From Candidatus Poribacteria bacterium (GTDB lineage: Bacteria; Poribacteria; WGA-4E; WGA-3G): a stretch of DNA of 64,000 bases. The stretch's first letter is position 1. Every line of letters starts with the position of its first letter. Positions 36,959 to 47,515 of this stretch are shown piece by piece. The translations under genes were made by a program, and so were the position numbers. Below the pieces are notes generated by a model, which saw only the letters and a list, made by a program, of their open reading frames with translations, was not told the origin of the DNA and made no database searches. The DNA is taken from assembly GCA_965215265.1 (NCBI GenBank), contig OZ244048.1, forward strand, positions 2,944,001-3,008,000, in the 5' to 3' direction.

Positions 36959-38089
36959 TTAACGCCGGGATGCCATATCAAACCCTACCGCTGCCACCAA
37001 TACCAGCCCTTTAATAATATCCTGCCAAGATGCATCCATATTCGCCATGCTCATTCCGTTGTTGAGGCTTTCCATGACGAGCGCGCCTAACATGGCCCCG
37101 AAAATACTCCCGCGTCCGCCCATTAAGCTCGCACCGCCGATGACGCATGCAGCAATAGCATCTAATTCCAATAAGCGCCCGGCCTCTGGTCCCGCACTCC
37201 CGACGCGTGCTGTTAGCACAACGCCGGCAATTGCCATCAATGCCCCCATCGTTGCGAACACCCGCAGCGTAATACTGCGCACGTTGACACCGGATAAATA
37301 CGCTGCATCTGCATTGCCACCTACGGCATAGACGTAACGCCCGAAACGGGTGTAGTTTGCAATGAAATGGAAGGCGAACGCTAATATGAACAAAATGCAC
37401 ACCGGAATCGGAATGCCTTTGTGCGTATTCATCACCGTGGTGAATGCCACAATCAGCAACCAGGTCCCGCCCAATTTCACGAGAAATAGGGAACGGGGCG
37501 GGCGAAAACTGGCATCTGAAAATCCATCAAAGCCATTCTGACGCGTGGCGTGCTGCCGATAAAAACCGTAACCACTCACGCTTAACGCAATCAGCATCAG
37601 TACCCATCCCGGTGTTTGTGGGAGGTAGGCGTTCCCGATTGCTTTTAACCAATTGTCCGGTAGAAGAATCGTCTCCCCTTTTGTCAGTGCCAGCATCACT
37701 CCGCGATAGACAAGGAATCCGCCTAAGGTGACGATAAACGCCGGTATCCGCTGATAGGCGACAAGGTAGCCTTGGACGATGCCGAATAAAATGCCAACGC
37801 AGATGACAACCGATAGTGTCACCGCGACCGGTTGTCCCCACCAAACGTGCAGGATTGCTGCAAGTGCCCCGAGCAGCCCCGCACCATATCCGACGGACAG
37901 ATCTATGTTCGCAGATACAATTACGAACACCATGCCGATGGCGAGGATTGCTGTTACTGCGCCCTGACGTGAGAGATTAGATAAATTCCGGGTGCTGAGG
38001 AAGGTTCCGCCTGTGAGTAGTGTGAAGATTGCCCAGACACAGAGAAGCGCTATTAGCATCGCATAGGTGCGGAGATTTAGATGCTTCAT
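36959..38089 (-). CDS. sugar ABC transporter permease (XylH-like)
   Basis: IDLSVG, PAFIVTLGG, TRFGR..YAVGGN, ELDAIAACVIGG.S..GG.G. Confidence 0.9.
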   Translation of the reverse strand: MKHLNLRTYAMLIALLCVWAIFTLLTGGTFLSTRNLSNLSRQGAVTAILAIGMVFVIVSANIDLSVGYGAGLLGALAAILHVWWGQPVAVTLSVVICVGILFGIVQGYLVAYQRIPAFIVTLGGFLVYRGVMLALTKGETILLPDNWLKAIGNAYLPQTPGWVLMLIALSVSGYGFYRQHATRQNGFDGFSDASFRPPRSLFLVKLGGTWLLIVAFTTVMNTHKGIPIPVCILFILAFAFHFIANYTRFGRYVYAVGGNADAAYLSGVNVRSITLRVFATMGALMAIAGVVLTARVGSAGPEAGRLLELDAIAACVIGGASLMGGRGSIFGAMLGALVMESLNNGMSMANMDASWQDIIKGLVLVAAVGFDMASRR

Positions 38090-38137
38090 TTTTTCTAAAG
38101 TGGGACATTCAACCTATTGCATATCTTGACATTCAAA

Positions 38138-38293
38138 TTTTTGTATATTTCAGCCCGATAACGCCTGATGTATTGTCAATGACTGTGTAAATCTCGTGGC
38201 AGGCTAGGTATTCTTTGTCTCTCCTGAAAGGAGAGACAAGATAACCTTATACCTGCCATCTATAGATCGGAGATATCTTAGGCATAGCGTAGC
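38138..38293 (+). repeat. 156-bp direct repeat copy 2
   Basis: Identical to 36530-36685. Confidence 0.93.
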
Positions 38294-39102
38294 GGAGAGC
38301 GGCTCCCAGCGGGTGATGACGGTACGGAGATATCCAAGAATAAGTTATGAAAATTTTGGCTCGTGCTTTTGCCGATTGCTTCTGCTGAGGTGCCGCGGAG
38401 CTCCGCTATTTTTTGTGCGACAGCGGCGACATACGCAGGTTCGTTGCGTTTGCCGCGTCGAAATTGCGGTGCCAGCCACGGACAATCGGTTTCAATGAGC
38501 AGACGTTCTTCGGGGACTTCGCGTGCCACTCCATGAACTGCAGCAGCATTCCGGTATGTAACGATTCCACCAATGCCGATGTACATTTCACAAACAGGAC
38601 TGAGTTCCAGGCTCCTACGCATCAGCTGTACGTCACCTGTAAAGCAGTGCAACACGCCGCGCACCTTTTCCTGCTGCGCCTCTAAAATCGGTAGGATATC
38701 CATATATGCATCACGGTTGTGGATGACTATTGGAAGGGCAGTCTCCACAGCGAGCGCTAACTGTTGTTCAAATACCTTTTTTTGGAGTAGCGGTGAACAG
38801 CGGTTGCGGTAGTAATCCAACCCCATTTCACCGAGGGCGAGGACTTTCGGATGAGCTGAGAGTTCACGAAACGTTTTTAAGACATCTGACGTGAAATATT
38901 CTGCATCATGCGGGTGCATCCCGACAGTGGCGTAGACGTTCTTGTGTTTTTCAGCGACATCTATAGCGCCGAGGCTAGTTTCAAGATCAAAGCCAATAAC
39001 GAGGATTGTGTCAATTCCGGCATCTCGTGCGCGACGTATCACCGCACCCCGGTCGGCATCAAACTGGGCGAGTTGGATGTGTGCATGCGAATCAATAAAC
39101 AT
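38278..39102 (-). CDS. tatD: TatD family hydrolase
   Basis: DSHAH, G.HPH, GE.GLDY, IHNR, LHCF, ETDCP.L.P, NEP. Confidence 0.93.
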   Translation of the reverse strand: MFIDSHAHIQLAQFDADRGAVIRRARDAGIDTILVIGFDLETSLGAIDVAEKHKNVYATVGMHPHDAEYFTSDVLKTFRELSAHPKVLALGEMGLDYYRNRCSPLLQKKVFEQQLALAVETALPIVIHNRDAYMDILPILEAQQEKVRGVLHCFTGDVQLMRRSLELSPVCEMYIGIGGIVTYRNAAAVHGVAREVPEERLLIETDCPWLAPQFRRGKRNEPAYVAAVAQKIAELRGTSAEAIGKSTSQNFHNLFLDISVPSSPAGSRSPLRYA

Positions 39103-39114
39103 GTTTTCCTTTTG

Positions 39115-39825
39115 CTACATCAACGGCGTTCTAATCACAGTTTCAAGGGTGTGCGCACGGCGGGGCTGCGTGACTAGAAATAGAATCAGATCTGCAACAT
39201 CTTCAGGGAGTGTGAGATGCTCAATTACATCGTCTGGATGGTTATCCTGCCGCATTTTGGTATCTACGGGTCCCGGACAGACAACGGATGCTTTCACACC
39301 GTGCGCTCTTCCCTCATTATTGGTCGTCTCTGTGAAACCGACGACAGCAAATTTAGAGGCACAATACGCACCGCCGTTCACATGTCCATATTTGCCGGAA
39401 ACCGATGAGACATTGACGATATGCCCATAACTCTGCTGGCACATGTGGCTGAACACGGCTTGCGTGCAGAGGAACACACCCTTGAGGTTGACTGCCATCG
39501 TCATATCCCACTCCTCTTCGCGAATTTTTGGAATCGGGTTGTGAATCGCTACACCAGCATTGTTGACGAGGATGTCCACTTTCCCGAAGGTATCAACTGT
39601 TTTTTTCATCATCATATCAACGTGCGTTTTATGCTGCACATCGGTTGGGATAGCGACAGCACGTCTACCTAACTGTTTTATTTCCTCTGCGACGCCTGTG
39701 ATTTCGGTGTTTGTCCGTGCGGCCAGGGCGATATCGGCACCTTCCTTCGCGAAGGTTAAAGCGGTCGCACGTCCGATGCCGCGTCCACCGCCGGTGATAA
39801 TCGCTACATGATTTTCAAGTTTCAC
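39115..39825 (-). CDS. SDR family oxidoreductase
   Basis: TGGGRGIG, NNAG, YCASK; GTG start inferred. Confidence 0.9.
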   Translation of the reverse strand: MKLENHVAIITGGGRGIGRATALTFAKEGADIALAARTNTEITGVAEEIKQLGRRAVAIPTDVQHKTHVDMMMKKTVDTFGKVDILVNNAGVAIHNPIPKIREEEWDMTMAVNLKGVFLCTQAVFSHMCQQSYGHIVNVSSVSGKYGHVNGGAYCASKFAVVGFTETTNNEGRAHGVKASVVCPGPVDTKMRQDNHPDDVIEHLTLPEDVADLILFLVTQPRRAHTLETVIRTPLM

Positions 39826-40365
39826 AGATTGTTCCTTTCTTGTATTTCCGTAGTCGGAGGAGACTATTGTACGGGTTTTGTCTGGAGATGAACCTGGGAA
39901 AATAGTATTACAGATTAGTTTCATTGTCAAATTGCGTTTAAGGCGGAAACAGATGTCAAAAAGCACGGGTTAAAAATCCGGAGGTGGCGAGGGCCTCGGT
40001 GACGTGTAAAAAATGGGTTTACGAATCAGTGACAATTCACGAAATGTTTCACGAAGGATTTTCTTGAAAGTAGATGGCCACTGCTTTCTCATCATGCAAA
40101 AGCGATTTTCTTCGTGAAAATCATCACTCGTTTGGGAACTTCTCCCTGCTCGCAGGGAAGAATCCCCTTTCGTGCTATCTCATCGGCTATCATGTGATTA
40201 TATGCCTGCGGCGTGCTACGGCTGCCCGATATAGTGCAGCAGCAAGCGTGAGGGTAGTCTCAGCATCATCAAGTGCCTGCTTCGCGTCAATGGAGAAGTG
40301 ATCTTAAAACTCGGTCGGATGAAACCTAATCTCATGACTGAAAGCAAACGCTCAAAATAGAAGAG

Positions 40366-42933
40366 CTAAACCTTATTTAAGCGGGCCGCTATCTCCCCAA
40401 ACTCGTGCTCATTGAACACCAATTGAAAGATACCGACGCGTTTCGGTCCTTCCCGTACCATGAGTCTGCCTGCGGTGTTAAATGCGCCCTCAAGCGTTTC
40501 TAATACTTTTCGCTTGTATTCGGTATCAAGGTTACCGCTGAGATGTTGCCCCTTTGTGTCAAAGATTAGGACGCGCGTCACGCCTCCTATTTCGTTTGCG
40601 ATGGCGACGAAGTCCGGGTAGATACGCCCCGGCTTCCACCCCTGAAGGTAATATTCACCGTGTTGCCGCGCAGCGACACGATGCCACCAACGTATTGCCT
40701 TCTCCTCATCGAGATAATACGCAAATTTCTTTTCTAACTCGTTATCAAATTGTTGTTCAAAGACCGGCTCAAACAGGCTTAACTGTACAGGTTCGCCATA
40801 CTTTGCGAGAGGGTTGGCGGCAGCATCAACCGGTATCTCATAGCTATCTACGATGCGATAATTAGGTTCTCGTGCCTCTAAGTCGAACCGGATCTCACCT
40901 TGTTCCAGCTTTCTCTGAAACACTTGCTCTGCCTGTTTCTCTACCTGACTTTTGACATGTTCCCGTAGTGCGTGCGCGAGGTAAGCGCGGCGATCGTAAA
41001 TGTCCGCTTCGGTTTCCCCCTCGGCTTTCAAACATGCGTCCATTTGTGCTGCAAGTCGTGCAGCTTGCCAAAGATTCGGTACAATGTCTGACAACCGGCG
41101 TGCAAAATCGGAGATGTCTACTCGCTTTTCGATTGGGAGGTCTTGATCTGGGTGGAAGACAGGTTTTGTTTCATCGACATCAACCGTTGCAGATTGCCGT
41201 TTGACGTGCTGCGGCATAGATGCCTTTGGATCTGGGGGCTCCAGCGCGGGCCAGTCTATGTGCGGTAGAATATGTGCCCGATAATTGAGCTGGACCCACT
41301 GATCATTGTCCTCCTCTCTATGGAGTACCATGGGCAGGTAAATCTCCTGATTTTGGAACGGCTGACGCCGTTGCACCGTCCGCTGCTGTGCCATTCGTGC
41401 CTTGCCGCTGCCTGCCGGGGCACTGGATCCTCCGATGACTTCATCATCTAAGCCTGTCAACCCTTCTGCTTCTAGCCCGCGTTTGACCTGCTGAACGACG
41501 GCACCGACCTCGGTGTTATTGCAATAGACGTAACACTGATCAAGTAAGGTGTTGCCGGTGAGCTGCGCGTGTGGTTGCCGCATGACCCGCCCTACCAGTT
41601 GTGTGATCGCTTTTTGTGCCTGCGTATTGTCGAGCATCACTAAGATATAGGCAAACGGGCAATCCCAGCCCTCCATCAATGCGGCTTTAGTGATGATCCA
41701 ACGCACGTTTGAAAATTCGGAGAGGAGATTTTCGCGTCCGAGTTCGTCATTTTCTGCGGATTTAACGCGAATTGCAGCAGGCGGTACGTTTAGGTTTTGG
41801 GTGAGGTACTCCCGTACATCTTCGGCATGGATGCGTATGCCGTCGCGCTGCTTTTTGCCGGTGCGTTCTACACGGACCACGGCGATCGGGCGGATATACC
41901 GGCCGGTGGTGCTCTCCAACGCTCGTGCCGTATCGTCAAGTCGGGCCAGTTCGTCTGCGGCCTGGCTGAGGGTCAATTGCCACTCTGCATTCGGGAAGGA
42001 TGTTACCTGTACTGGCAGCTTTATCATCTCCTCTTTTTTCAAGTCAGGTCCTTCCACGTCGACGAGGAGGTTGCTAATGCCGCGGTTTGGGGTGGCAGAG
42101 AGCTCGATAACCAGTCGTGGGTCGAGACGATTGATGGATTTAGCAAACTCTTCATTGGACTGCCGGCTCTTCGCGCCGTAGGCTTTATGTGCTTCATCGA
42201 GTACGATGACGGGCTGCAGCATTTTGAACACATTAAACAGGCTCTCTTTGACGAGTCTGCCATCGGTTGTATCCAGGTCTGGATATTGATTGAGCAGACG
42301 GGCATCGCTGAAGACGACATCCTTGTCTGGAAAAAAACTGGGGTAACGTCCGGAATCTTTAAACATCCGCAGGAACTCTCTGCCCTTTTGTCGGTTCGCT
42401 GCTGGTAACATGAGCAGCATGACGCAGAGATAGTTGTCGATGTCGTCTGCGTTGAAGTTATCCTCTTTCTCGAGCATTTTGAGACGGCCGGCGGCTGCGC
42501 GGTTCAACATTTTACGATAGGGGTGCCGCTTATCCCACAAAGCGTTTTTCGTCTGCGTGTAGATGGCCTTACTCGTTACAACCCACAAGACTAATCCTCG
42601 CTGCCAAGGGATCCGTTCCAATGCAGCTGCGGCAAGCAGCGTTTTACCGCCGCCCGTCGGTACTTTGAAACAGATATGCGGAATAGGGCGATGGGCCTCA
42701 TCGGTGCGTTCAACGTACTCATTCGTCCGCGCTGCAATTATCCCGTCTTCTGATAGTTTTTTCCACGCAGCTTTCGGATAATTCCGTAACTCATCCGGAA
42801 TCGGCATAGTAGTTGGGTTCTGTTTAATCACCCTAATCAGGGTTTCTGAGTCACGTTGTGTCTCTTGAAGGGTTTCCAACCATTGGCTGAAAGTGTCAAG
42901 TGTGTTACGTTGATACTGCTTTAATTCCATCAT
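40366..42933 (-). CDS. res: type III restriction enzyme Res subunit (SF2 helicase + nuclease)
   Basis: VPTGGGKT, DEAH, SATP, EGWDCPFAY, Q.VGRVMRQP, YPDF...DTKG. Confidence 0.9.
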   Translation of the reverse strand: MMELKQYQRNTLDTFSQWLETLQETQRDSETLIRVIKQNPTTMPIPDELRNYPKAAWKKLSEDGIIAARTNEYVERTDEAHRPIPHICFKVPTGGGKTLLAAAALERIPWQRGLVLWVVTSKAIYTQTKNALWDKRHPYRKMLNRAAAGRLKMLEKEDNFNADDIDNYLCVMLLMLPAANRQKGREFLRMFKDSGRYPSFFPDKDVVFSDARLLNQYPDLDTTDGRLVKESLFNVFKMLQPVIVLDEAHKAYGAKSRQSNEEFAKSINRLDPRLVIELSATPNRGISNLLVDVEGPDLKKEEMIKLPVQVTSFPNAEWQLTLSQAADELARLDDTARALESTTGRYIRPIAVVRVERTGKKQRDGIRIHAEDVREYLTQNLNVPPAAIRVKSAENDELGRENLLSEFSNVRWIITKAALMEGWDCPFAYILVMLDNTQAQKAITQLVGRVMRQPHAQLTGNTLLDQCYVYCNNTEVGAVVQQVKRGLEAEGLTGLDDEVIGGSSAPAGSGKARMAQQRTVQRRQPFQNQEIYLPMVLHREEDNDQWVQLNYRAHILPHIDWPALEPPDPKASMPQHVKRQSATVDVDETKPVFHPDQDLPIEKRVDISDFARRLSDIVPNLWQAARLAAQMDACLKAEGETEADIYDRRAYLAHALREHVKSQVEKQAEQVFQRKLEQGEIRFDLEAREPNYRIVDSYEIPVDAAANPLAKYGEPVQLSLFEPVFEQQFDNELEKKFAYYLDEEKAIRWWHRVAARQHGEYYLQGWKPGRIYPDFVAIANEIGGVTRVLIFDTKGQHLSGNLDTEYKRKVLETLEGAFNTAGRLMVREGPKRVGIFQLVFNEHEFGEIAARLNKV

Positions 42934-42945
42934 ATCGTTGCCTCT

Positions 42946-44472
42946 CTATCTTTCGTGCAGGGCATCGGGCAGTTGGCAAAATGTAATGCCCAAGTTTGTG
43001 AGTTCGCGTTGCCCGATGTAAGTGCCCGCTCCATACACAACCGCCCGCCTATTCTTATCACGGCTGGCATCGTGGATTTGGCGCGCCCGCTCTAAGGTGA
43101 GCATAGCCGCATCGCTCTGCAGGTAGTCGAGAGCCGGTTTGTAGAGGAGATAGTAGTCCGTTGTGTCGTCGCTATGAAAAAGTCCGTTCTCATTTTTCGC
43201 GGAGAGTGCATCAGTTGGGACGGCAACGCCGGAGGCGGTATAGAGGAGGTTTGCGGCGAGTGTTGCATACGGGGGTAAGGCTTCTCCTGTGAGCATTGTG
43301 TCGGCTGTGATGGGTTCGCCGAGGGTGCAGTAGGTAAAGGAGCCGCCTAATCCGTCCCGGAGTGGTGCGTTGCGTGCTGTGGGGATGCCGTTGATGACGC
43401 GTCTGACACGTTCAGCGGTGATGGTATCGGCATAATCTTCGCATTCAATGAGGATGAACTTTCGGTTGCCGTTATCTGCTTTGTTGAGGGCGAGGACAGC
43501 ATGGGCGGTGGTACCGCTGCCGGCGAAGGAGTCTAAGATGATGGCAGACTGATCATCCAGCATCCCTATCATTCTCTGAATGAGATTGACATTCTTTTCG
43601 CCATTAGGAAAATTGAAACGAGTATCGTATTCTTGAATATCTGTCCAATTAGAATCCAACATTTTGCTATTACTAGCATCAATCAAGTATTGAGGTTTCC
43701 CAGTACGCGGATTGGCACGTAGTCTCCCGTTGGCGATTAGCTTCGCCGCCCTTTCCTTAGAATACATCCAATGTCTTCCCTTTGGAGGTTGCATACCAAA
43801 AAGTTCATACGCTGTTGAAGTTTCACCAGGAGCATCAAAGGCATGCCAGCGTTTTCCTTTTTCCTGAAATGTTGTTGGTGGCTTAATTAACCCCGATGAG
43901 GATTTAGCATAAAATAAAACGAAATTGTATCCACGATTTAAGGCGCGGATGTGCTCGCCTGCTCTGATACTTTTCTTCACCCTGGCGACAGCGAAAATGT
44001 TGCGAAAGTTCTCCTCCCCAAAAATCTCGTCCATCAACATCCGCAGGTGGTGTTGCTCATTATCATCAATAGAAATAAAAATGATACCATCTTCGGCAAG
44101 CAGTTCTTTGAGCAGATGCAATCTCGGCCACATCATACACAACCATTTATCGTGCCGTTCTAAGTCTTCACCGTCAACAGGCTGGTTAGCCATAAGCCAG
44201 CCTTTCATCAGCGGACTGTTGACGTTGTCGTTGTAAACCCACCCTTCATTGCCGGTGTTGTAGGGCGGATCGATATAGATGCACTTAATACGGTTGGCAT
44301 ACCGGGGCAGCAATGCTTTGAGTGCATGCAGGTTATCGCCGTGGATGATGAGATTATCATCTGCTTGGGCAGGGTTACAGGAACGGTTAGTGTCCTGTTC
44401 CAGTGGGCGGTATGGGACGGTGAGGTGGTGTGCATAGATATGCTGTTTGCCTTTGAACTCAAGTGTGGGCAT
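42946..44472 (-). CDS. mod: type III modification methyltransferase Mod (beta class), copy A
   Basis: IHGDNL.ALK, YIDPPYNTG, ILDSFAGSGTT. Confidence 0.93.
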   Translation of the reverse strand: MPTLEFKGKQHIYAHHLTVPYRPLEQDTNRSCNPAQADDNLIIHGDNLHALKALLPRYANRIKCIYIDPPYNTGNEGWVYNDNVNSPLMKGWLMANQPVDGEDLERHDKWLCMMWPRLHLLKELLAEDGIIFISIDDNEQHHLRMLMDEIFGEENFRNIFAVARVKKSIRAGEHIRALNRGYNFVLFYAKSSSGLIKPPTTFQEKGKRWHAFDAPGETSTAYELFGMQPPKGRHWMYSKERAAKLIANGRLRANPRTGKPQYLIDASNSKMLDSNWTDIQEYDTRFNFPNGEKNVNLIQRMIGMLDDQSAIILDSFAGSGTTAHAVLALNKADNGNRKFILIECEDYADTITAERVRRVINGIPTARNAPLRDGLGGSFTYCTLGEPITADTMLTGEALPPYATLAANLLYTASGVAVPTDALSAKNENGLFHSDDTTDYYLLYKPALDYLQSDAAMLTLERARQIHDASRDKNRRAVVYGAGTYIGQRELTNLGITFCQLPDALHER

Positions 44473-44588
44473 TGGACAACTCCAGTCAGTATGATTTGAA
44501 AAAGTCATTTACCTCAATTAGCATATCACATATCACGTGGAAAGTCAAGAGAATATTCAATCTTTTAGGAGGATATTTGGTTTGAGTT

Positions 44589-46250
44589 TTACCTTTCGTG
44601 CAGGGCATCCGGCAGTTGGCAAAATGTAATGCCCAAGTTTGTGAGTTCGCGTTGCCCGATGTAAGTGCCCGCTCCATACACAACCGCCCGCCTATTCTTA
44701 TCACGGCTGGCATCGTGGATTTGGCGCGCCCGCTCTAAGTTAAGCATAGCCGCATCGCTCTGCAGGTAGTCGAGGACCGGTTTGTAGAGGAGATAGTAAT
44801 CCGTTGTGTCGTCGCTATGAAAAAGCCCGTTCTCATTTTTCGCGGCGAGTGCATCAGTTGGGACGGCAACACCGGATGCAGTATAGAGGAGGTTTGCGGC
44901 GAGTGTTGCATACGGGGGTAAGGCTTCTCCTGTGAGCATTGTGTCGGCTGTGATGGGTTCGCCGAGGGTGCAGTAGGTAAAGGAGCCGCCTAATCCGTCC
45001 CGGAGCGGTGCGTCGCGTGCTGTGGGGATGCCGTTGATGACGCGTCTGACACGTTCAGCGGTGATGGTTTGGGCATAATCTTCGCATTCAATGAGGATGA
45101 ACTTTCGGTTGCCGCTGTCTGCTTTGTTGAGGGCGAGGACAGCATGGGCGGTGGTACCGCTGCCGGCGAAGGAGTCTAAGATGATATCATCTTCGCCGCA
45201 AACCATGTTAATCAGATATTTTATTAACGAAGTTGGCTTGGGATAGTCAAATTTATCAGTACCAATAATGGAAACCAATTCTTTATTTGCTTCTTCATTA
45301 GTACCTACTTGACATTCCTTATGCGTGATGAGGTTCGACGGGATCTTCACCCGTTGGTTCTGTTTACGCTCATAACGGATAGAAAACTGATGGCTCTTTA
45401 TGAGGAACTGCGTTTCGGCTGCAATCTCGCGCGTGACAGTCTCTTGCACCCATTTAAATCGGCCTTCCACCTTTAGATTATTCAGGAGCTTCCCATTTTT
45501 CACCCGAACTTCCTTAAGGAGCCTCACTCTTCCATAATTTCCGGGGTTATAGGCTCCATCTCTAAGATTGACTGTGCCAAATGCCTCCTTTGGGAATTCG
45601 AGGGAGCGAACGGTATTTGACTCATTGAGTAACGGCATGTCTCCCCCTGCCGTTTGCCCACCGAAGAGCTGGAGTTTTTTATCGGCCGATTTCCTGTAAC
45701 AAATCAACGGTTCCAGTTTTCGGCGGATAGTCTTTGACAAACTAGGTGGGGTTGCCGTTCGCATCCAAGCGAACTGTGCAGCGAAGTTGGTTTTGCCAAA
45801 AATCTCATCCATCAACATCCGCAGGTGGTGTTGCTCATTATCATCAATCGAAATAAAAATGATACCATCTTCGGCAAGCAGTTCTTTTAACAGATGCAAT
45901 CTCGGCCACATCATACACAACCATTTATCGTGCCGTTCTAAGTCTTCACCGTCAACAGGCTGGTTAGCCAGAAGCCAGCCTTTCATCAGCGGACTGTTGA
46001 CGTTGTCGTTGTAAACCCACCCTTCATTGCCGGTGTTGTAGGGCGGATCGATATAGATGCACTTAATACGGTTGGCATACCGGGGCAGCAATGCTTTGAG
46101 TGCATGCAGGTTATCGCCGTGGATGATGAGATTATCATCTGCTTGGGCAGGGTTACAGGAACGGTTAGTGTCCTGTTCCAGTGGGCGGTATGGGACGGTG
46201 AGGTGGTGTGCATAGATATGCTGTTTGCCTTTGAACTCAAGTGTGGGCAT
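44589..46250 (-). CDS. mod: type III modification methyltransferase Mod (beta class), copy B
   Basis: Same motifs; F.YPKP; central region unrelated to copy A. Confidence 0.93.
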   Translation of the reverse strand: MPTLEFKGKQHIYAHHLTVPYRPLEQDTNRSCNPAQADDNLIIHGDNLHALKALLPRYANRIKCIYIDPPYNTGNEGWVYNDNVNSPLMKGWLLANQPVDGEDLERHDKWLCMMWPRLHLLKELLAEDGIIFISIDDNEQHHLRMLMDEIFGKTNFAAQFAWMRTATPPSLSKTIRRKLEPLICYRKSADKKLQLFGGQTAGGDMPLLNESNTVRSLEFPKEAFGTVNLRDGAYNPGNYGRVRLLKEVRVKNGKLLNNLKVEGRFKWVQETVTREIAAETQFLIKSHQFSIRYERKQNQRVKIPSNLITHKECQVGTNEEANKELVSIIGTDKFDYPKPTSLIKYLINMVCGEDDIILDSFAGSGTTAHAVLALNKADSGNRKFILIECEDYAQTITAERVRRVINGIPTARDAPLRDGLGGSFTYCTLGEPITADTMLTGEALPPYATLAANLLYTASGVAVPTDALAAKNENGLFHSDDTTDYYLLYKPVLDYLQSDAAMLNLERARQIHDASRDKNRRAVVYGAGTYIGQRELTNLGITFCQLPDALHER

Positions 46251-46546
46251 TGGACAACTCCAATTCAGAAGTGCGGTTGATCCAAAATTTGCTGTGAAAA
46301 TATCCAAATATGTTGAATTTCAGCGGAGCAGCGTGAGCAACCTTTTTAAGAGTTTAGCATAAATTAGTAGCGGATGTCAAGCAATTTCTCTACTTGTCTC
46401 TTGACATTCATGCTACATTACCCGGTAGGAGTTGGCTTTTGCCTATAAGTTTCGGTTTGTCGCCTTGAGATTCGGCGTGCCCCCACAGGTCTTCCGGGCG
46501 ATGTGATGCAGGGGAAAGAGAAGTTTTGAAGAGTGGTTAAGTTGTG

Positions 46547-47329
46547 TTATTTCCCCTGTATGGTACTAATCTCATCTTCAGAGATTTTGTGGACGCTTTT
46601 GGGGTTGAAGGTCTGGGTTGTGTCTATGCGGAGTGCTACCTCTATTCTGCCCCCGGTGAGTACAAAGAATTGGATTAAGAACCCGCCGCCTTGCATGGCT
46701 TCGACCTGATATTCATCCGGGTCAAGTCCGTCCATCCAGGTTGGGAGTGCTGCGTCAAAGCGGGTGTCAGTGATGACTTCGTAGGGCAGTGCAATGATGA
46801 GGGTGCCGGGTGCATCGCCGATGGCATTTCCGATAATGTGCCGTTTATCTACCATGAAGGGTACAACGCGGCTGGCGTATTCAAAATCGTCGGCTGTGGT
46901 TCTTTCTGGTGGGACAATTCCCCAGGTCAAGTGGTGGATAAAAGGGTTTCCGTATCCCTGCGCGAGCATATGTTGGCGTGCTATTTTGTCAACCGGATGT
47001 ACGACAGCGACATAGTCAAACCAACCATCGTATCGAGCCGGATTGTCTGATGGCAGCTGCGCGGAGACGTTGATGTAGTCACATCCATCAACTGGGGAGG
47101 GATAACAACGTGCATCCCATCCGTTAATATAACCGAGTTGTTTCAGTCCGTCTGCGACGAGGTGTGGTGGATCACAGAAAATTGCAGCGTGATCCATGTT
47201 AGGGCGGAGTTGGATGCCGGCCTGGGTAACGTGCGTTGCCACCTCGGTCGCCTCTGCGAAACGTTGTTCTGCGTTTTCAATTGTTAGGTAGTTATTGAAA
47301 TTGGTGGGCAATATAATTGTGCGTTGCAT
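46547..47329 (-). CDS. hypothetical protein, possible VOC/HPPD-like metalloenzyme fold
   Basis: GGAGG RBS; DH.A, IHH, G.LIQFF, IE pattern. Confidence 0.6.
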   Translation of the reverse strand: MQRTIILPTNFNNYLTIENAEQRFAEATEVATHVTQAGIQLRPNMDHAAIFCDPPHLVADGLKQLGYINGWDARCYPSPVDGCDYINVSAQLPSDNPARYDGWFDYVAVVHPVDKIARQHMLAQGYGNPFIHHLTWGIVPPERTTADDFEYASRVVPFMVDKRHIIGNAIGDAPGTLIIALPYEVITDTRFDAALPTWMDGLDPDEYQVEAMQGGGFLIQFFVLTGGRIEVALRIDTTQTFNPKSVHKISEDEISTIQGK

Positions 47330-47488
47330 GAAGGACCTCCTACAACAGAATTTTAGCAAAAATTATCTTTGGGTGCAACTGTTTTTTTTGTCCGCGATTC
47401 GTGGCATTAAGTGTTATAGATGTTTTACAGTTTTCTGAGTTAGGATTTATGGATTTATGAGTTTTCAGGTGCGTAGGAGATGAGGTTC

Positions 47489-47515
47489 GTAGTAGCGCGA
47501 TGAATTGCGCGTTAC
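47489..47515 (+). repeat. GTAG-type REP-like palindrome
   Basis: GTAGTAGCGCGATGAATTGCGCGTTAC; single copy in window. Confidence 0.35.

Noticed and set aside
36530-38338. Integron attC cassette interpretation of the PR1-flanked genes
   Set aside because: No clear RYYYAAC/GTTRRRY core sites, no integrase, and repeats occur in both orientations among core genes
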